From contig NC_069006.1 of NCBI RefSeq assembly GCF_001194135.2, forward strand, positions 26,331,840 to 26,395,839: a DNA stretch of 64,000 bases, written 5' to 3'. A model generated the notes under the pieces. The model was given only the letters and a program-made list of their open reading frames with translations. It did not search any database and was not told where the DNA came from. Position numbers and translations under genes: made by a program. Shown one piece after another: positions 58,954 to 64,000 of the stretch; the first letter of the stretch is position 1, and every line of letters starts with the position of its first letter. Origin of the DNA: Octopus bimaculoides (lineage: Eukaryota).

Positions 58954-59261
58954 ATGTGCATAAATATGAATTACATTTGATGGAGTAATCTGAATATCTA
59001 AAGGGTTAAGGGGTCTATAAAAATTTGGATGAATGTAAAATGATATGAACCCAGTAATGACGAGACAGGGACAAATATTCAGGGTCCTTGAGACGGGTGA
59101 GAACCAGAGCAGCTGCACTTAACCTTATTTTCTGCCACACTTTGTACTGAAAGGCACTCATTTACCATCTGTTGGGATGGTGCTGGAGGAGAATTCCTGC
59201 CTCGTCTGGTTTAGTCACATTTAATTACTCATTTCACGCTCAGATGAACTTTATGGATTGC

Positions 59262-59988
59262 ATATATATCCTCCATGTCTATTATTATCCTCTTTCAAGG
59301 AAACCTTTTCCAGGAATTTTTCACTCTCAAACTCATTTCGGACATTGCTATTGACGGTCGTTTTCTCTTTCTCTCTGTTAATCCAGATGTGACTTTGATC
59401 TGGGAAGAGAAGGCCTTCATTCTGTTTATTCCTCTTCCGCTACAGTTCATTTGTTTTTCTCCCCCCCCCTCTAATCCTTTCATTATCTTCCATTGTTAAT
59501 CACAAGAAAACGAGACAGCTGGCCTTTTGTTTCTAGGACTGGTCATGAAATGACCTACTCTGTCATCTGTGCGTTCNNNNNNNNNNNNNNNNNNNNNNNN
59601 NNNNNNNNNNNNNNNNNNNNNNNNNNNNNNNNNNNNNNNNNNNNNNNNNNNNNNNNNNNNNNNNNNNNNNNNNNNNNNNNNNNNNNNNNNNNNNNNNNNN
59701 NNNNNNNNNNNNNNNNNNNNNNNNNNNNNNNNNNNNNNNNNNNNNNNNNNNNNNNNNNNNNNNNNNNNNNNNNNNNNNNNNNNNNNNNNNGAAAAACAAA
59801 TGAACTGTAGCGGAAGAGGAATAAACAGAATGAAGGCCTTCTCTTCCCAGATCAAAGTCACATCTGGATTAACAGAGAGAAAGAGAAAACGACCGTCAAT
59901 AGCAATGTCCGAAATGAGTTTGAGAGTGAAAAATTCCTGGAAAAGGTTTCCTTGAAAGAGGATAATAATAGACATGGAGGATATATAT
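59262..59988. repeat. 198-bp perfect inverted duplication flanking an N gap
   Basis: 59262-59459 is the reverse complement of 59791-59988; gap at 59577-59790. Confidence 0.9.
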
Positions 59989-60375
59989 ATATATATATAT
60001 ATATACACTAATGATTTTATGTTAATATTCTCTGTGTATATAAAAAAAATATATACAGACTGAGACACACATTGATGTATGTATGCGCTGTATATGTGTG
60101 TGTGTGTTTTGTGTCACTCTGTATCGCGTTCAGGGTTAAGCCATCTGAGAAATCTGATAATGGTCATCAGCCTCATCCAACTGATCGAAATATATTGAAA
60201 ATACCAAAATTGTCAAAATATGTCACTGAAAGATAAAATGAAGTTAGTTTCAAAGATAATTTTATTATCTCCAACATAACCTGATTACTGAGATTGTAAT
60301 TATTGTGGAAATTGTTCTCATAGGAGATATGATAAATGGGACGTACAGACATATATATGTTCATATACATATACA

Positions 60376-60405
60376 CAGGGGTTGGACTGAATAATGGAAA
60401 CACCT
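60376..60405 (+). mobile_element. Tc1/mariner-like terminal inverted repeat (one end only)
   Basis: CAGGGGTTGGACTGAATAATGGAAACACCT after a TA-rich flank resembles Tc1 TIRs of the CAGGGGTTGGAC...GAAACACC type; no partner TIR found. Confidence 0.4.
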
Positions 60406-60696
60406 AGCATCATAATTTTGAAATATCAATAAAACCGTGAAAAGCTTGTTTGTTTTTATGTTTTTTGATTTATTATTATTGTTGCTTAATATGTTTGGCT
60501 AAAATTACTGGTTGTGTTGCCTGTTGCTTCTCATAATTGCTCGTTTGAATCGGTCCAGGGTGTCTCTCATATATTTTACAGCACAAAGAAAACATTCTGT
60601 CCGTCTTTGTATTGAGAACGATGTAACAAGGAATGGATATACGTGCTTTCAGTACATGCCAGCTTTAGATTTTTATCTCTCTATACATCTGTATAC

Positions 60697-60759
<63 letters not shown>

Positions 60760-60772
60760 NNNNNNNNNNATA

Positions 60773-60821
<49 letters not shown>

Positions 60822-60903
60822 GTGTTTGTATGTATGTATGTATATATATATACATATGTATAGGTGTGAGTATGGATATACATATATATATTTGGTGTGT
60901 GTG

Positions 60904-60950
<47 letters not shown>

Positions 60951-61122
60951 ATGTGTGTATGTATACATGTAGATGCATGTGCACACCCGTATTTAGTTTG
61001 TCATTGTTGAATTGACAAGAAACAGGTTATGATAATTCACAAATTGCTCAGCCCACCCACTCCACCCTAAACAGCCCATCCTGTCACATATATTCATGGG
61101 GTTGTTGTGTGTGTGTGTGTGG

Positions 61123-61156
<34 letters not shown>

Positions 61157-62444
61157 GTGTGAATTACGTGATTCTATGTGTAATGTAGTTAATTAAGGGC
61201 AATGATTGACTGAATGATATGACATAAGCAAATAAATTAACTGAATTGGAATTTCCTTATTGGAGAATGAAACTAAAGGCCTAGCAGTGGAAGTGGCATG
61301 GTGAACATTCAACGCTGAAAAGAAAAATCAAACAGCGTTTCAACTTTGTGTGTGTGTGTGTACAATGGAAGTATGTGAATGTGTGTGTGTGTGTGTGAAA
61401 AAATGTTCTTTCAGTGATTGATGTCACATCTCAAAAGACAACAATGACATTGACAAGCGTCTTCATTTGATTTACCCTCCATATTTATTAAGAAAATCCT
61501 ACAATTAACCGAGATTTTTGATAACACGACGTGTGGGGGGTGGGGGCTAGTGAATCTGATAAAAAGCAGGTTATTGTTGGTTGTGACGGTGGCTCTCTGG
61601 GGGTTTTCCTTGTGTCTTATCCTCAGTTATTATCTGTAGTTAAACCCAAGGCCACTAGCGAAGGTGGAGCAGGGCACTTGTTGATCTGATGAGGTTGATT
61701 AATCAGCAGTGTGGTTCTTTTAATTAACCTTGTTATTTGACTGAGGCTAATGAGTGGAACCCTTTCAGTGGTCGATGAATATGCTAGAAATAACAGTCAA
61801 ATCTCGCCTCCTCCCCACTAGCCATCTTTGTTAATTAAAAGGACATAGTTTAATGGTTTATTTTGAAGATTATCTCATTATGGTTGGATTATCATAAATC
61901 TGTTCGATCGGAGCTTAATGGGGAGGGGGCTGATGATAATAATAATAATAATAACAATGATAATAACACTTGGTAATTATTTTTATTGATCCCTGGAGGG
62001 GTGAAAAAGTCAAGTCGATCTCTGGTTGGATTTGAACTTAAATACTAGAGAAGATTTAACTACATCCCCCCCACCACCAAAGATATTTAATGAGAACAAA
62101 AGAACAAAACAAAAGAAGAAAGAAAAAAAATCGAAAAAAAAAAAGAACAACAAAAAATATCCTGTTTCTGTAAGAAATTCTTGCTTTTTTGGTTGGAAAT
62201 GTTATCTTTTCTGGTCAGGACAAAAATGGTTTTTGAAAGATTGCTTTCTTATCTTCTTCTCCGAAGGAGAAAATGGTGAGTCTTCTCAATGGAAATGGCT
62301 CTTTCGTGAGTGTGTGTGTAAATGTGTGCATTGTGTGTTTATGTGTGTGTGTATATAAGTATTTGTGTATGTCTGTATTTGTGTGTGTATTCATGTGTAT
62401 TTGCCTGTATATACATATATATTTTTTTTTTGTGTGTGTTTCTG

Positions 62445-62479
<35 letters not shown>

Positions 62480-63390
62480 CTGTCTTGTGGTTCTTGTCAG
62501 TGGAGGAAANNNNNNNNNNNNNNNNNNNNNNNNNNNNNNNNNNNNNNNNNNNNNNNNNNNNNNNNNNNNNNNNNNNNNNNNNNNNNNNNNNAGTGAAGTA
62601 GATTTACTGTGAAAAAGAAATTTTTGTTTTGTTTTGGGTTTCCAGTGACAACAACAGTGCCACCACCACCACCACCACCATTGCCACCACCACCACCACC
62701 ACCACCACCATTGCCACCACCACCACTAACAACAACAACAACAACAACAACACCAGCCTAAATTAGAAACATATGTCTTGTTATTATTGTTGTTATCTTC
62801 ATTCTCTTTGACTTTTTTCTCTCATAGAACACAGTTCAGAATATATTCTCTATTATTATTCTTACAAGACAATTCCAAACCGCCCCTTCCCCACCATTGA
62901 ACCTTCTTTGTTCTTCTCTTTTTCTCTTCTCTTCTTATTTTCTATTTCTTTCTGTAAAACAAAGATTTCTTGACAATTTCCATCCCATTACTTTCCTCTT
63001 GCATCTTGGATGTCTTCTCACAGACATCGTTTAACCCTTTGGCTGCATCCTCTTTTGCCCTAGCTTCCTGTCTGGCTCCAGTTCCCCATTTTTTCCCCTC
63101 GTCTCTGTCTTGCCCTAGCTCCCTCTCTTGTCCTGGCTCCCTGTTTTGCCCCTTTTCTATCTATTTTGCCCTCTCCCTGTCTTGTCCTGGCTCCCTGTCT
63201 TGCTCTACATCCCTCCACCTGATTTAGGAATTGAAACCATGATCTGGCAATTGTGAATGCCACACCCTAACCACTAGGCCATGTACACACACACACATAC
63301 ACATGCACAGAAAAGTATTACCATTGAAAAACATAGAGATATGTCAGGAATGAAGTAGGGAGTTTGAGTGGGGTAGAAGCTCCTCCCAGA

Positions 63391-63477
<87 letters not shown>

Positions 63478-63954
63478 GGGTGTTGTAGTTTGCTTGATAC
63501 AGAAGTAAACTAGTAAAATAATAAAGACAGAGACGTTGTAACAATGTAAAAGTACAAAGTTAAATAACCTTTATAATATTTGAGAGAGACGACCGAAATG
63601 GCAGGATCTCCATAAACTCACATTTCTAAGCCATTTGCTTCGGATGATGGGGTCTTTGTGCCTGAAATATTATAAAGGTTACTTCACTCACCCTTTTTGC
63701 ACATATATATAGATATTCTTTTATATGTTTCAGTCCAATAACTGTAGCCATGCTGGAGCACCGCCATTGCGATCATCTTTCCACTCTCCACCTTTGTCGG
63801 AGTGGCTTTTGGTGAAGGATGGAGTTCGATGTTACTGCCCTCTTTCGAGTTTCTTGCCTAGATATTGGCTCATCCGGGATCTCGGTGACCAGAGGTCAAG
63901 GTCACGTTTGAAAACGTCTACATCCACTCCATGCAGGCTCCTCAGATGCTTCGG

Positions 63955-64000
<46 letters not shown>

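Noticed and set aside
63895-63950. Second hammerhead-like motif on the minus strand (CUGAGGA, good stem II)
   Set aside because: GAAA box is interrupted (G-UUUUC-AAAC), the triplet is GUG, and stem I does not pair.

Overview
AT-rich, microsatellite- and SINE-laden animal genomic DNA with several N gaps. The repeat families point to a coleoid cephalopod, most likely Octopus (inference from repeat recognition, not a database search). I can support two protein-coding genes, both on the + strand. (1) A two-exon group I nucleoside diphosphate kinase (NME1/2/awd-like, 149 aa; exons 236-282 and 2972-3374). (2) A large ELYS/AHCTF1 (MEL-28) nucleoporin gene, which I rebuilt by hand as 38 coding exons from ATG 11802 to TGA 41889. 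All intron phases are consistent and the exons sum to 7500 nt (about 2499 aa), with one uncertain junction at the 39462-40218 gap. The ELYS model includes a GC-AG intron, PP1-docking-like SILK and KSLRF motifs, a roughly 700 aa acidic insertion with SUMO-interacting-like motifs, and a coding 27-nt minisatellite. From about 42 kb to 64 kb I find no supportable coding exon. The rest of the window is tRNA-derived SINEs, (TGA)n-tailed RTE-type retroelements, TTAA-flanked piggyBac-like MITEs and simple repeats. The most interesting non-genic observations are: two independent-looking retroelement insertions at the same site of one MITE family, a 5x11-bp phased array of NK2-type sites, a decayed hammerhead-like motif, and several inverted repeats able to form dsRNA in the ELYS pre-mRNA. 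I found no prokaryote-type system (CRISPR, operon) and no clearly new multi-gene system. Most short ORFs in the supplied track are microsatellite, gap or antisense artefacts.
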